From assembly GCA_964016885.1 (NCBI GenBank), contig OZ024741.1, positions 245,210,001-245,274,000 of the forward strand: 64,000 bases of DNA, given 5' to 3'. Of this stretch, positions 1 to 14,750 are shown piece after piece. The notes under the pieces are model-generated. The model made no database searches, was not told where the DNA came from, and worked only from the letters and a program-made list of their open reading frames with translations. Each line of letters opens with the position of its first letter. Position 1 is the stretch's first letter. The DNA is from Eledone cirrhosa. Taxonomy: Eukaryota. Made by a program: the position numbers and the translations under genes.

Positions 1-3000
1 ATTTTTAATGGATTTTTAATGGATTTTTAATGGGTTTTTAATGGATTTTTTTAAATGGATTTTTTTAATGGATTTTTAATGGATTTTTTTAAATTGATTT
101 TTTTTAATGGATTTTTTTTTTAATGGATTTTTTTTAATGGATTTTTTTTTAATGAATTTTTTTTAATGGGTTTTTTAAATGGATTTTTTAATGGATTTTT
201 AATGGATTTTTAATGGGTTTTTAATGGATTTTTTTAAATGGATTTTTTTAATGGATTTTTTAATGGATTTTTTTAAATGGATTTTTTTAATGGATTTTTA
301 ATGGATTTTTTTAAATTGATTTTTTTAATGGATTTTTTTTAATGGATTTTTTTTTTAATGGATTTTTTTAATGGGTTTTTTAAATGGATTTTTTAATGGA
401 TTTTTAATGGATTTTTAATGGATTTTTAATGGGTTTTTAATGGATTTTTTAAATGGATTTTTTCAATGGATTTTTTTTAATGGGTTTTTTAAATGGATTT
501 TTTTAATGGATTTTTAATGGATTTTTAATGGATTTTTAATGGGTTTTTAATGGATTTTTTAAATGGATTTTTTTAATGGATTTTTAATGGATTTTTTAAA
601 TTGATTTTTTTTAATGGGTTTTTTTAAATGGATTTTTTTTAATGGATTTTTTAAATGGATTTTTTAATGGCTTTTTTAAATGGGTTTTTTAAATGGATTT
701 TTTAATGGATTTTTAATGGATTTTTAATGGATTTTTAATGGATTTTTAATGGATTTTTTAATGACTTTTTTAAATGGATTTTTTTAATGGATTTTTAATG
801 GATTTTTTTTAATGGATTTTTTTTAATGGATTTTTTTAATGGGTTTTTTTTAATGGATTTTTTTTAATGGATTTTTTAAATGGATTTTTTTAATGGATTT
901 TTTTTAATGGGTTTTTTTAAATGGATTTTTTTTAATGGATTTTTTAAATGAATTTTTTTAATGGATTTTTTTAATGGGTTTTTTAAATGGATTTTTTAAT
1001 GGATTTTTAATGGATTTTTAATGGGTTTTTAATGGATTTTTTAATGGATTTTTTTAAATGGATTTTTTTAATGGATTTTTAATGGATTTTTTTAATGGAT
1101 TTTTTTAATGGATTTTTTAATGGATTTTTTTATGGATTTTTTTTAATGGATTTTTTTTAATGGATTTTTTAAATGGATTTTTTTAATGGATTTTTTTAAT
1201 GGGTTTTTTTTAATGGATTTTTTTTTAATGGATTTTTTAAATGGATTTTTTTAATGGATTTTTTTTAATGGGTTTTTTAAATGGATTTTTTAATGGATTT
1301 TTAATGGATTTTTAATGGATTTTTAATGGGTTTTTAATGGATTTTTTTAAATGGATTTTTTTAATGGATTTTTAATGGATTTTTTTAAATTGATTTTTTT
1401 TAATGGATTTTTTTTTTAATGGATTTTTTTTAATGGATTTTTTTTTAATGAATTTTTTTTAATGGGTTTTTTAAATGGATTTTCTAATGGATTTTTAATG
1501 GATTTTTAATGGGTTTTTAATGGATTTTTTTAAATGGATTTTTTTAATGGATTTTTTAATGGATTTTTTTAAATGGATTTTTTTAATGGATTTTTAATGG
1601 ATTTTTTTAAATTGATTTTTTTTAATGGATTTTTTTTAATGGATTTTTTTTTTAATGGATTTTTTTAATGGGTTTTTTAAATGGATTTTTTAATGGATTT
1701 TTAATGGATTTTTAATGGATTTTTAATGGGTTTTTAATGGATTTTTTAAATGGATTTTTTTAATGGATTTTTTTTAATGGGTTTTTTAAATGGATTTTTT
1801 TAATGGATTTTTAATGGATTTTTAATGGATTTTTAATGGGTTTTTAATGGATTTTTTAAATGGATTTTTTTAATGGATTTTTAATGGATTTTTTAAATTG
1901 ATTTTTTTTAATGGGTTTTTTTAAATGGATTTTTTTTAATGGATTTTTTAAATGGATTTTTTAATGGCTTTTTTAAATGGGTTTTTTAAATGGATTTTTT
2001 AATGGATTTTTAATGGATTTTTAATGGATTTTTAATGGATTTTTAATGGATTTTTTAATGACTTTTTTAAATGGATTTTTTTAATGGATTTTTAATGGGT
2101 TTTTTTTAATGGATTTTTTTTTAATGGATTTTTTAAATGGATTTTTTTAATGGATTTTTTTTAATGGGTTTTTTAAATGGATTTTTTAATGGATTTTTAA
2201 TGGATTTTTAATGGATTTTTAATGGGTTTTTAATGGATTTTTTTAAATGGATTTTTTTAATGGATTTTTAATGGATTTTTTAAATTGATTTTTTTTAATG
2301 GATTTTTTTTTTAATGGATTTTTTTTTAATGGATTTTTCTTAATGGGTTTTTTTTTAATGGATTTTTTTTAATGGGTTTTTTTAAATGGATTTTTTTTAA
2401 TGGATTTTTTAAATGAATTTTTTTAATGGATTTTTTTAATGGGTTTTTTAAATGGATTTTTTAATGGATTTTTAATGGATTTTTAATGGTTTTTTAATGG
2501 ATTTTTTAATGGATTTTTTTAAATGGATTTTTTTAATGGATTTTTAATGGACTTTTTTTAATGGATTTTTTTAATGGATTTTTTAATGGATTTTTTTATG
2601 GATTTTTTTTTATGGATTTTTTTTAATGGATTTTTTAAATGGATTTTTTTAATGGATTTTTTTAATGGGTTTTTTTTAATGGATTTTTTTTTAATGGATT
2701 TTTTAAATGGATTTTTTTAATGGATTTTTTTTAATGGGTTTTTTAAATGGATTTTTTAATGGATTTTTAATGGATTTTTAATGGATTTTTAATGGGTTTT
2801 TAATGGATTTTTTTAAATGGATTTTTTTAATGGATTTTTAATGGATTTTTTTAAATTGATTTTTTTTAATGGATTTTTTTTTAATGGATTTTTTTTAATG
2901 GATTTTTTTTTAATGAATTTTTTTTAATGGGTTTTTTAAATGGATTTTTTAATGGATTTTTAATGGATTTTTAATGGGTTTTTAATGGATTTTTTTAAAT

Positions 3001-3900
3001 GGATTTTTTTAATGGATTTTTTAATGGATTTTTTTAAATGGATTTTTTTAATGGATTTTTAATGGATTTTTTTTAATTGATTTTTTTTAATGGATTTTTT
3101 TTAATGGATTTTTTTTTTAATGGATTTTTTTAATGGGTTTTTTAAATGGATTTTTTAATGGATTTTTAATGGATTTTTAATGGATTTTTAATGGGTTTTT
3201 AATGGATTTTTTAAATGGATTTTTTTAATGGATTTTTTTTAATGGGTTTTTTAAATGGATTTTTTTAATGGATTTTTAATGGATTTTTAATGGATTTTTA
3301 ATGGGTTTTTAATGGATTTTTTAAATGGATTTTTTTAATGGATTTTTAATGGATTTTTTAAATTGATTTTTTTTAATGGGTTTTTTTAAATGGATTTTTT
3401 TTAATGGATTTTTTAAATGGATTTTTTAATGGCTTTTTTAAATGGGTTTTTTAAATGGATTTTTTAATGGATTTTTAATGGATTTTTAATGGATTTTTAA
3501 TGGATTTTTAATGGATTTTTTAATGACTTTTTTAAATGGATTTTTTTAATGGATTTTTAATGGGTTTTTTTTAATGGATTTTTTTTTAATGGATTTTTTA
3601 AATGGATTTTTTTAATGGATTTTTTTTAATGGGTTTTTTAAATGGATTTTTTAATGGATTTTTAATGGATTTTTAATGGATTTTTAATGGGTTTTTAATG
3701 GATTTTTTTAAATGGATTTTTTTAATGGATTTTTAATGGATTTTTTAAATTGATTTTTTTTAATGGATTTTTTTTTTAATGGATTTTTTTTTAATGGATT
3801 TTTTTAATGGGTTTTTTAAATGGATTTTTTAATGGATTTTTAATGGATTTTTAATGGTTTTTTTTAAATTGATTTTTTTAATGGGTTTTTTTTAATGGCT
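1..3900. repeat. Short higher-order repeat, ~1.3-1.5 kb period, about three imperfect copies
   Basis: AATGAC variant (G position) at 763, 2060 and 3525 (offsets 1297, 1465). AATGAA variant at 151, 1447 and 2912, in the same flanking context. Confidence 0.75.
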
Positions 3901-6900
3901 TTTTTTTAATGGGTTTTTTTAATGGCTTTTTTAAATGGATTTTTTTAATGGATTTTTTAATGGATTTTTTTTTAATGGGTTTTTTAAATGGATTTTTTAA
4001 TGGATTTTTTTAAATGGATTTTTTTAATGGATTTTTAATGGATTTTTTTAAATTGATTTTTTTTAATGGATTTTTTTTAATGGATTTTTTTTTTAATGGA
4101 TTTTTTTAATGGGTTTTTTTAATGGCTTTTTTAAATGGATTTTTTTAATGGTTTTTTTTTAATGGGTTTTTTAAATGGATTTTTTAATGGATTTTTAATT
4201 GATTTTTAATGGATTTTTAATGGGTTTTTAATGGATTTTTGAAATGGATTTTTTAATGGATTTTTTTTAATGGGTTTTTTAAATGGATTTTTTTAATGGA
4301 TTTTTAATGGATTTTTAATGGATTTTTAATGGGTTTTTAATGGATTTTTTAAATGGATTTTTTTAATGGATTTTTAATGGATTTTTTTTAATGGGTTTTT
4401 TTAAATGGATTTTTTTTAATGGATTTTTTAAATGGATTTTTTAATGGCTTTTTTTACTGGGTTTTTTAAATGGATTTTTTAATGGATTTTTAATGGATTT
4501 TTAATGCATTTTTAATGGATTTTTAATGGATTTTTTAATGACTTTTTTTAAATGGATTTTTAATGGATTTTTTTCTATGGATTTTTTTTAATGGATTTTT
4601 TTTAATGGATTTTTTTTTTTTTAATGGATTTTTTTTAATGGGTTTTTTTAATGGCTTTTTTAAATGGATTTTTTTAATGGATTTTTTTAATGGTTTTTTT
4701 AATGGATTTTTTAATGGATTTTTAATGGATTTTTAATGGATTTTTAATGGGTTTTTAATGGATTTTTTAAATGGATTTTTTTAATGGATTTTTAATGGAT
4801 TTTTTTAATGGATTTTTTTTAATGGTTTCTTTTAATGGATTTTTTTTTAATGGATTTTTTTTAATGGGTTTTTTTTAATGGATTTTTTTTAATGGATTTT
4901 TTTAATGGATTTTTTTAATGGATTTTTAATGGATTTTTTTTAATGGATTTTTTTAATGGATTTTTTTAATGGATTTTTTAATGGATTTTTTTATGGATTT
5001 TTTTAATGGATTTTTTAAATGGATTTTTTTAATGGATTTTTTTAATGGTTTTTTTTAATGGATTTCTTTTTAATGGATTTTTTAAATGGATTTTTTTAAT
5101 GGATTTTTTTAATGGGTTTTTTAAATGGATTTTTTAATGTATTTTTAATGGATTTTTAATGGATTTTTAATGGATTTTTTTAAATGGATTTTTTTAATGG
5201 ATTTTTAATGGATTTTTTTAAATGGATTTTTTAAATGGATTTTTTTTTTTAATGGATTTTTTTTTAATGGGTTTTTTAATGGCTTTTTTAAATGGATTTT
5301 TTTAATGGATTTTTTTAATGGGTTTTTTTAATGGATTTTTTAATGGATTTTTAATGGATTTTTAATGGATTTTTAATGGGTTTTTAATGGATTTTTTTAA
5401 ATGGATTTTTTTAATGGATTTTTAATGGATTTTTTTAATGGATTTTTTTTAATGGTTTTTTCTTAATGGATTTTTTTTTTAATGGATTTTTTTTTATGGA
5501 TTTTTTTTAATGGATTTTTTTAATGGATTTTTTAAATGGATTTTTTTAATGGATTTGTTTTAATGGGTTTTTTTAAATGGATTTTTTTTAATGGATTTTT
5601 CAAATGAATTTTTTTAATGGATTTTTTTAATGGGTTTTTTAAATGGATTTTTTAATGGATTTTTAATGAATTTTTAATGGGTTTTTAATGGATTTTTTGA
5701 TGGATTTTTTTTAATGGATTTTTTTAATGGATTTTTAATGGATTTTTTTTAATGGATTTTTTTAATGGATTTTTTAATGGATTTTTTGATGGATTTTTTT
5801 AATGGATTTTTTTTAATGGATTTTTTTTAATGGATTTTTTTTTAATGAATTTTTTTTAATGGGTTTTTTAAATGGATTTTTTAATGGATTTTTAATGGAT
5901 TTTTAATGGGTTTTTAATGGATTTTTTTAAATGGATTTTTTTAATGGATTTTTTAATGGATTTTTTTAAATGGATTTTTTTAATGGATTTTTAATGGATT
6001 TTTTTAAATTGATTTTTTTTAATGGATTTTTTTTAATGGATTTTTTTTTTAATGGATTTTTTTAATGGGTTTTTTAAATGGATTTTTTAATGGATTTTTA
6101 ATGGATTTTTAATGGATTTTTAATGGGTTTTTAATGGATTTTTTAAATGGATTTTTTTAATGGATTTTTTTTAATGGGTTTTTTAAATGGATTTTTTTAA
6201 TGGATTTTTAATGGATTTTTAATGGATTTTTAATGGGTTTTTAATGGATTTTTTAAATGGATTTTTTTAATGGATTTTTAATGGATTTTTTAAATTGATT
6301 TTTTTTAATGGGTTTTTTTAAATGGATTTTTTTTAATGGATTTTTTAAATGGATTTTTTAATGGCTTTTTTAAATGGGTTTTTTAAATGGATTTTTTAAT
6401 GGATTTTTAATGGATTTTTAATGGATTTTTAATGGATTTTTAATGGATTTTTTAATGACTTTTTTAAATGGATTTTTTTAATGGATTTTTAATGGGTTTT
6501 TTTTAATGGATTTTTTTTTAATGGATTTTTTAAATGGATTTTTTTAATGGATTTTTTTTAATGGGTTTTTTAAATGGATTTTTTAATGGATTTTTAATGG
6601 ATTTTTAATGGATTTTTAATGGGTTTTTAATGGATTTTTTTAAATGGATTTTTTTAATGGATTTTTAATGGATTTTTTAAATTGATTTTTTTTAATGGAT
6701 TTTTTTTTTTATGGATTTTTTTTTAATGGATTTTTCTTAATGGGTTTTTTTTTAATGGATTTTTTTTAATGGAATTTTTAAATGGATTTTTTTAATGGAT
6801 TTTTTTTAATGGGTTTTTTTAAATGGATTTTTTTTAATGGATTTTTTAAATGAATTTTTTTAATGGATTTTTTTAATGGGTTTTTTAAATGGATTTTTTA

Positions 6901-9900
6901 ATGGATTTTTAATGGATTTTTAATGGGTTTTTAATGGATTTTTTAATGGATTTTTTTAAATGGATTTTTTTAATGGATTTTTAATGGACTTTTTTTAATG
7001 GATTTTTTTAATGGATTTTTTAATGGATTTTTTTATGGATTTTTTTTTATGGATTTTTTTTAATGGATTTTTTAAATGGATTTTTTTAATGGATTTTTTT
7101 AATGGGTTTTTTTTAATGGATTTTTTTTTAATGGATTTTTTAAATGGATTTTTTTAATGGATTTTTTTTAATGGGTTTTTTAAATGGATTTTTTAATGGA
7201 TTTTTAATGGATTTTTAATGGATTTTTAATGGGTTTTTAATGGATTTTTTTAAATGGATTTTTTTAATGGATTTTTAATGGATTTTTTTAAATTGATTTT
7301 TTTTAATGGATTTTTTTTTAATGGATTTTTTTTAATGGATTTTTTTTTAATGAATTTTTTTTAATGGGTTTTTTAAATGGATTTTTTAATGGATTTTTAA
7401 TGGATTTTTAATGGGTTTTTAATGGATTTTTTTAAATGGATTTTTTTAATGGATTTTTTAATGGATTTTTTTAAATGGATTTTTTTAATGGATTTTTAAT
7501 GGATTTTTTTTAATTGATTTTTTTTAATGGATTTTTTTTAATGGATTTTTTTTTAATGGATTTTTTTAATGGGTTTTTTAAATGGATTTTTTAATGGATT
7601 TTTAATGGATTTTTAATGGATTTTTAATGGGTTTTTAATGGATTTTTTAAATGGATTTTTTTAATGGATTTTTTTTAATGGGTTTTTTAAATGGATTTTT
7701 TTAATGGATTTTTAATGGATTTTTAATGGATTTTTAATGGGTTTTTAATGGATTTTTTAAATGGATTTTTTTAATGGATTTTTAATGGATTTTTTAAATT
7801 GATTTTTTTTAATGGGTTTTTTTAAATGGATTTTTTTTAATGGATTTTTTAAATGGATTTTTTAATGGCTTTTTTAAATGGGTTTTTTAAATGGATTTTT
7901 TAATGGATTTTTAATGGATTTTTAATGGATTTTTAATGGATTTTTAATGGATTTTTTAATGACTTTTTTAAATGGATTTTTTTAATGGATTTTTAATGGG
8001 TTTTTTTTAATGGATTTTTTTTTAATGGATTTTTTAAATGGATTTTTTTAATGGATTTTTTTTAATGGGTTTTTTAAATGGATTTTTTAATGGATTTTTA
8101 ATGGATTTTTAATGGATTTTTAATGGGTTTTTAATGGATTTTTTTAAATGGATTTTTTTAATGGATTTTTAATGGATTTTTTAAATTGATTTTTTTTAAT
8201 GGACTTTTTTTTAATGGATTTTTTTTTAATGGATTTTTTTAATGGGTTTTTTAAATGGATTTTTTAATGGATTTTTAATGGATTTTTAATGGTTTTTTTT
8301 AAATTGATTTTTTTAATGGGTTTTTTTTAATGGCTTTTTTTTAATGGGTTTTTTAATGGCTTTTTTAAATGGATTTTTTTAATGGATTTTTTAATGGATT
8401 TTTTTTTAATGGGTTTTTTAAATGGATTTTTTAATGGATTTTTTTAAATGGATTTTTTTAATGGATTTTTAATGGATTTTTTTAAATTGATTTTTTTTAA
8501 TGGATTTTTTTTAATGGATTTTTTTTTTAATGGATTTTTTTAATGGGTTTTTTTAATGGCTTTTTTTAAATGGATTTTTTTAATGGTTTTTTTTTAATGG
8601 GTTTTTTAAATGGATTTTTTAATGGATTTTTAATTGATTTTTAATGGATTTTTAATGGGTTTTTAATGGATTTTTGAAATGGATTTTTTAATGGATTTTT
8701 TTTAATGGGTTTTTTAAATGGATTTTTTTAATGGATTTTTAATGGATTTTTAATGGATTTTTAATGGGTTTTTAATGGATTTTTTAAATGGATTTTTTTA
8801 ATGGATTTTTAATGGATTTTTTTTAATGGGTTTTTTTAAATGGATTTTTTTTAATGGATTTTTTAAATGGATTTTTTAATGGCTTTTTTTACTGGGTTTT
8901 TTAAATGGATTTTTTAATGGATTTTTAATGGATTTTTAATGCATTTTTAATGGATTTTTAATGGATTTTTTAATGACTTTTTTTAAATGGATTTTTTTAA
9001 TGGATTTTTAATGGATTTTTTTCTATGGATTTTTTTTAATGGATTTTTTTTAATGGATTTTTTTTTTTTTAATGGATTTTTTTTTAATGGGTTTTTTTAA
9101 TGGCTTTTTTAAATGGATTTTTTTAATGGATTTTTTTAATGGATTTTTTTAATGGATTTTTTTAATGGTTTTTTTAATGGATTTTTTAATGGATTTTTAA
9201 TGGATTTTTAATGGATTTTTAATGGGTTTTTAATGGATTTTTTAAATGGATTTTTTTAATGGATTTTTAATGGATTTTTTTAATGGATTTTTTTTAATGG
9301 TTTCTTTTAATGGATTTTTTTTTAATGGATTTTTTTTAATGGGTTTTTTTTTAATGGATTTTTTTTAATGGATTTTTTTAATGGATTTTTTTAATGGATT
9401 TTTAATGGATTTTTTTTAATGGATTTTTTTAATGGATTTTTTTAATGGATTTTTTAATGGATTTTTTTATGGATTTTTTTAATGGATTTTTTAAATGGAT
9501 TTTTTTAATGGATTTTTTTAATGGTTTTTTTTAATGGATTTCTTTTTAATGGATTTTTTAAATGGATTTTTTTAATGGATTTTTTTAATGGGTTTTTTAA
9601 ATGGATTTTTTAATGTATTTTTAATGGATTTTTAATGGATTTTTAATGGATTTTTTTAAATGGATTTTTTTAATGGATTTTTAATGGATTTTTTTAAATG
9701 GATTTTTTAAATGGATTTTTTTTTTTAATGGATTTTTTTTTAATGGGTTTTTTAATGGCTTTTTTAAATGGATTTTTTTAATGGATTTTTTTAATGGGTT
9801 TTTTTAATGGATTTTTTAATGGATTTTTAATGGATTTTTAATGGATTTTTAATGGGTTTTTAATGGATTTTTTTAAATGGATTTTTTTAATGGATTTTTA

Positions 9901-12900
9901 ATGGATTTTTTTAATGGATTTTTTTTAATGGTTTTTTCTTAATGGATTTTTTTTTTAATGGATTTTTTTTTATGGATTTTTTTTAATGGATTTTTTTAAT
10001 GGATTTTTTAAATGGATTTTTTTAATGGATTTGTTTTAATGGGTTTTTTTAAATGGATTTTTTTTAATGGATTTTTCAAATGAATTTTTTTAATGGATTT
10101 TTTTAATGGGTTTTTTAAATGGATTTTTTAATGGATTTTTAATGAATTTTTAATGGGTTTTTAATGGATTTTTTGATGGATTTTTTTTAATGGATTTTTT
10201 TAATGGATTTTTAATGGATTTTTTTTAATGGATTTTTTTAATGGATTTTTTAATGGATTTTTTGATGGATTTTTTTAATGGATTTTTTTTAATGGATTTT
10301 TTTTAATGGATTTTTTTTTAATGAATTTTTTTTAATGGGTTTTTTAAATGGATTTTTTAATGGATTTTTAATGGATTTTTAATGGGTTTTTAATGGATTT
10401 TTTTAAATGGATTTTTTTAATGGATTTTTTAATGGATTTTTTTAAATGGATTTTTTTAATGGATTTTTAATGGATTTTTTTAAATTGATTTTTTTTAATG
10501 GATTTTTTTTAATGGATTTTTTTTTTAATGGATTTTTTTAATGGGTTTTTTAAATGGATTTTTTAATGGATTTTTAATGGATTTTTAATGGATTTTTAAT
10601 GGGTTTTTAATGGATTTTTTAAATGGATTTTTTTAATGGATTTTTTTTAATGGGTTTTTTAAATGGATTTTTTTAATGGATTTTTAATGGATTTTTAATG
10701 GATTTTTAATGGGTTTTTAATGGATTTTTTAAATGGATTTTTTTAATGGATTTTTAATGGATTTTTTAAATTGATTTTTTTTAATGGGTTTTTTTAAATG
10801 GATTTTTTTTAATGGATTTTTTAAATGGATTTTTTAATGGCTTTTTTAAATGGGTTTTTTAAATGGATTTTTTAATGGATTTTTAATGGATTTTTAATGG
10901 ATTTTTAATGGATTTTTAATGGATTTTTTAATGACTTTTTTAAATGGATTTTTTTAATGGATTTTTAATGGGTTTTTTTTAATGGATTTTTTTTTAATGG
11001 ATTTTTTAAATGGATTTTTTTAATGGATTTTTTTTAATGGGTTTTTTAAATGGATTTTTTAATGGATTTTTAATGGATTTTTAATGGATTTTTAATGGGT
11101 TTTTAATGGATTTTTTTAAATGGATTTTTTTAATGGATTTTTAATGGATTTTTTAAATTGATTTTTTTTAATGGATTTTTTTTTTTATGGATTTTTTTTT
11201 AATGGATTTTTCTTAATGGGTTTTTTTTTAATGGATTTTTTTTAATGGAATTTTTAAATGGATTTTTTTAATGGATTTTTTTTAATGGGTTTTTTTAAAT
11301 GGATTTTTTTTAATGGATTTTTTAAATGAATTTTTTTAATGGATTTTTTTAATGGGTTTTTTAAATGGATTTTTTAATGGATTTTTAATGGATTTTTAAT
11401 GGGTTTTTAATGGATTTTTTAATGGATTTTTTTAAATGGATTTTTTTAATGGATTTTTAATGGACTTTTTTTAATGGATTTTTTTAATGGATTTTTTAAT
11501 GGATTTTTTTATGGATTTTTTTTTATGGATTTTTTTTAATGGATTTTTTAAATGGATTTTTTTAATGGATTTTTTTAATGGGTTTTTTTTAATGGATTTT
11601 TTTTTAATGGATTTTTTAAATGGATTTTTTTAATGGATTTTTTTTAATGGGTTTTTTAAATGGATTTTTTAATGGATTTTTAATGGATTTTTAATGGATT
11701 TTTAATGGGTTTTTAATGGATTTTTTTAAATGGATTTTTTTAATGGATTTTTAATGGATTTTTTTAAATTGATTTTTTTTAATGGATTTTTTTTTAATGG
11801 ATTTTTTTTAATGGATTTTTTTTTAATGAATTTTTTTTAATGGGTTTTTTAAATGGATTTTTTAATGGATTTTTAATGGATTTTTAATGGGTTTTTAATG
11901 GATTTTTTTAAATGGATTTTTTTAATGGATTTTTTAATGGATTTTTTTAAATGGATTTTTTTAATGGATTTTTAATGGATTTTTTTTAATTGATTTTTTT
12001 TAATGGATTTTTTTTAATGGATTTTTTTTAATGGATTTTTTTAATGGGTTTTTTAAATGGATTTTTTAATGGATTTTTAATGGATTTTTAATGGATTTTT
12101 AATGGGTTTTTAATGGATTTTTTAAATGGATTTTTTTAATGGATTTTTTTTAATGGGTTTTTTAAATGGATTTTTTTAATGGATTTTTAATGGATTTTTA
12201 ATGGATTTTTAATGGGTTTTTAATGGATTTTTTAAATGGATTTTTTTAATGGATTTTTAATGGATTTTTTAAATTGATTTTTTTTAATGGGTTTTTTTAA
12301 ATGGATTTTTTTTAATGGATTTTTTAAATGGATTTTTTAATGGCTTTTTTAAATGGGTTTTTTAAATGGATTTTTTAATGGATTTTTAATGGATTTTTAA
12401 TGGATTTTTAATGGATTTTTAATGGATTTTTTAATGACTTTTTTAAATGGATTTTTTTAATGGATTTTTAATGGGTTTTTTTTAATGGATTTTTTTTTAA
12501 TGGATTTTTTAAATGGATTTTTTTAATGGATTTTTTTTAATGGGTTTTTTAAATGGATTTTTTAATGGATTTTTAATGGATTTTTAATGGATTTTTAATG
12601 GGTTTTTAATGGATTTTTTTAAATGGATTTTTTTAATGGATTTTTAATGGATTTTTTAAAGTGATTTTTTTTAATGGACTTTTTTTTAATGGATTTTTTT
12701 TTAATGGATTTTTTTAATGGGTTTTTTAAATGGATTTTTTAATGGATTTTTAATGGATTTTTAATGGTTTTTTTTAAATTGATTTTTTTAATGGGTTTTT
12801 TTTAATGGCTTTTTTTTAATGGGTTTTTTAATGGCTTTTTTAAATGGATTTTTTTAATGGATTTTTTAATGGATTTTTTTTTAATGGGTTTTTTAAATGG

Positions 12901-14750
12901 ATTTTTTAATGGATTTTTTTAAATGGATTTTTTTAATGGATTTTTAATGGATTTTTTTAAATTGATTTTTTTTAATGGATTTTTTTTAATGGATTTTTTT
13001 TTTAATGGATTTTTTTAATGGGTTTTTTTAATGGCTTTTTTTAAATGGATTTTTTTAATGGTTTTTTTTTAATGGGTTTTTTAAATGGATTTTTTAATGG
13101 ATTTTTAATTGATTTTTAATGGATTTTTAATGGGTTTTTAATGGATTTTTGAAATGGATTTTTTAATGGATTTTTTTTAATGGGTTTTTTAAATGGATTT
13201 TTTTAATGGATTTTTAATGGATTTTTAATGGATTTTTAATGGGTTTTTAATGGATTTTTTAAATGGATTTTTTTAATGGATTTTTAATGGATTTTTTTTA
13301 ATGGGTTTTTTTAAATGGATTTTTTTTAATGGATTTTTTAAATGGATTTTTTAATGGCTTTTTTTACTGGGTTTTTTAAATGGATTTTTTAATGGATTTT
13401 TAATGGATTTTTAATGCATTTTTAATGGATTTTTAATGGATTTTTTAATGACTTTTTTTAAATGGATTTTTTTAATGGATTTTTAATGGATTTTTTTCTA
13501 TGGATTTTTTTTAATGGATTTTTTTTAATGGATTTTTTTTTTTTTAATGGATTTTTTTTTAATGGGTTTTTTTAATGGCTTTTTTAAATGGATTTTTTTA
13601 ATGGATTTTTTTAATGGATTTTTTTAATGGATTTTTTTAATGGTTTTTTTAATGGATTTTTTAATGGATTTTTAATGGATTTTTAATGGATTTTTAATGG
13701 GTTTTTAATGGATTTTTTAAATGGATTTTTTTAATGGATTTTTAATGGATTTTTTTAATGGATTTTTTTTAATGGTTTCTTTTAATGGATTTTTTTTTAA
13801 TGGATTTTTTTTAATGGGTTTTTTTTTAATGGATTTTTTTTAATGGATTTTTTTAATGGATTTTTTTAATGGATTTTTAATGGATTTTTTTTAATGGATT
13901 TTTTTAATGGATTTTTTAATGGATTTTTTTATGGATTTTTTTTAATGGATTTTTTAAATGGATTTTTTTAATGGATTTTTTTAATGGTTTTTTTTAATGG
14001 ATTTCTTTTTAATGGATTTTTTAAATGGATTTTTTTAATGGATTTTTTTAATGGGTTTTTTAAATGGATTTTTTAATGTATTTTTAATGGATTTTTAATG
14101 GATTTTTAATGGATTTTTTTAAATGGATTTTTTTAATGGATTTTTAATGGATTTTTTTTAATGGATTTTTTAAATGGATTTTTTTTTTTAATGGATTTTT
14201 TTTTAATGGGTTTTTTAATGGCTTTTTTAAATGGATTTTTTTAATGGATTTTTTTAATGGGTTTTTTAAATGGATTTTTTAATGGATTTTTAATGGATTT
14301 TTAATGGATTTTTAATGGGTTTTTAATGGATTTTTTTAAATGGATTTTTTAATGGATTTTTAATGGATTTTTTTAATGGATTTTTTTTAATGGTTTTTTC
14401 TTAATGGATTTTTTTTTTAATGGATTTTTTTTAATGGGTTTTTTTTAATGGATTTTTTTTATGGATTTTTTAAATGGATTTTTTTAATGGATTTGTTTTA
14501 ATGGGTTTTTTTAAATGGATTTTTTTTAATGGATTTTTCAAATGAATTTTTTTAATGGATTTTTTTAATGGGTTTTTTAAATGGATTTTTTAATGGATTT
14601 TTAATGAATTTTTAATGGGTTTTTAATGGATTTTTTGATGGATTTTTTTTAATGGATTTTTTTAATGGATTTTTAATGGATTTTTTTTAATGGATTTTTT
14701 TAATGGATTTTTTAATGGATTTTTTGATGGATTTTTTTAATGGATTTTTT
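1420..14750. repeat. Higher-order repeat, ~4.4-4.5 kb, three copies (~1420-5815, ~5815-10290, ~10290-14750)
   Basis: GAAATGG at 4241/8676/13151, ATTTGTTTT (G) at 5557/10033/14495, T13 tract at 4610/9058/13533, AATGAA at 1447/5844/10320. Confidence 0.88.
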
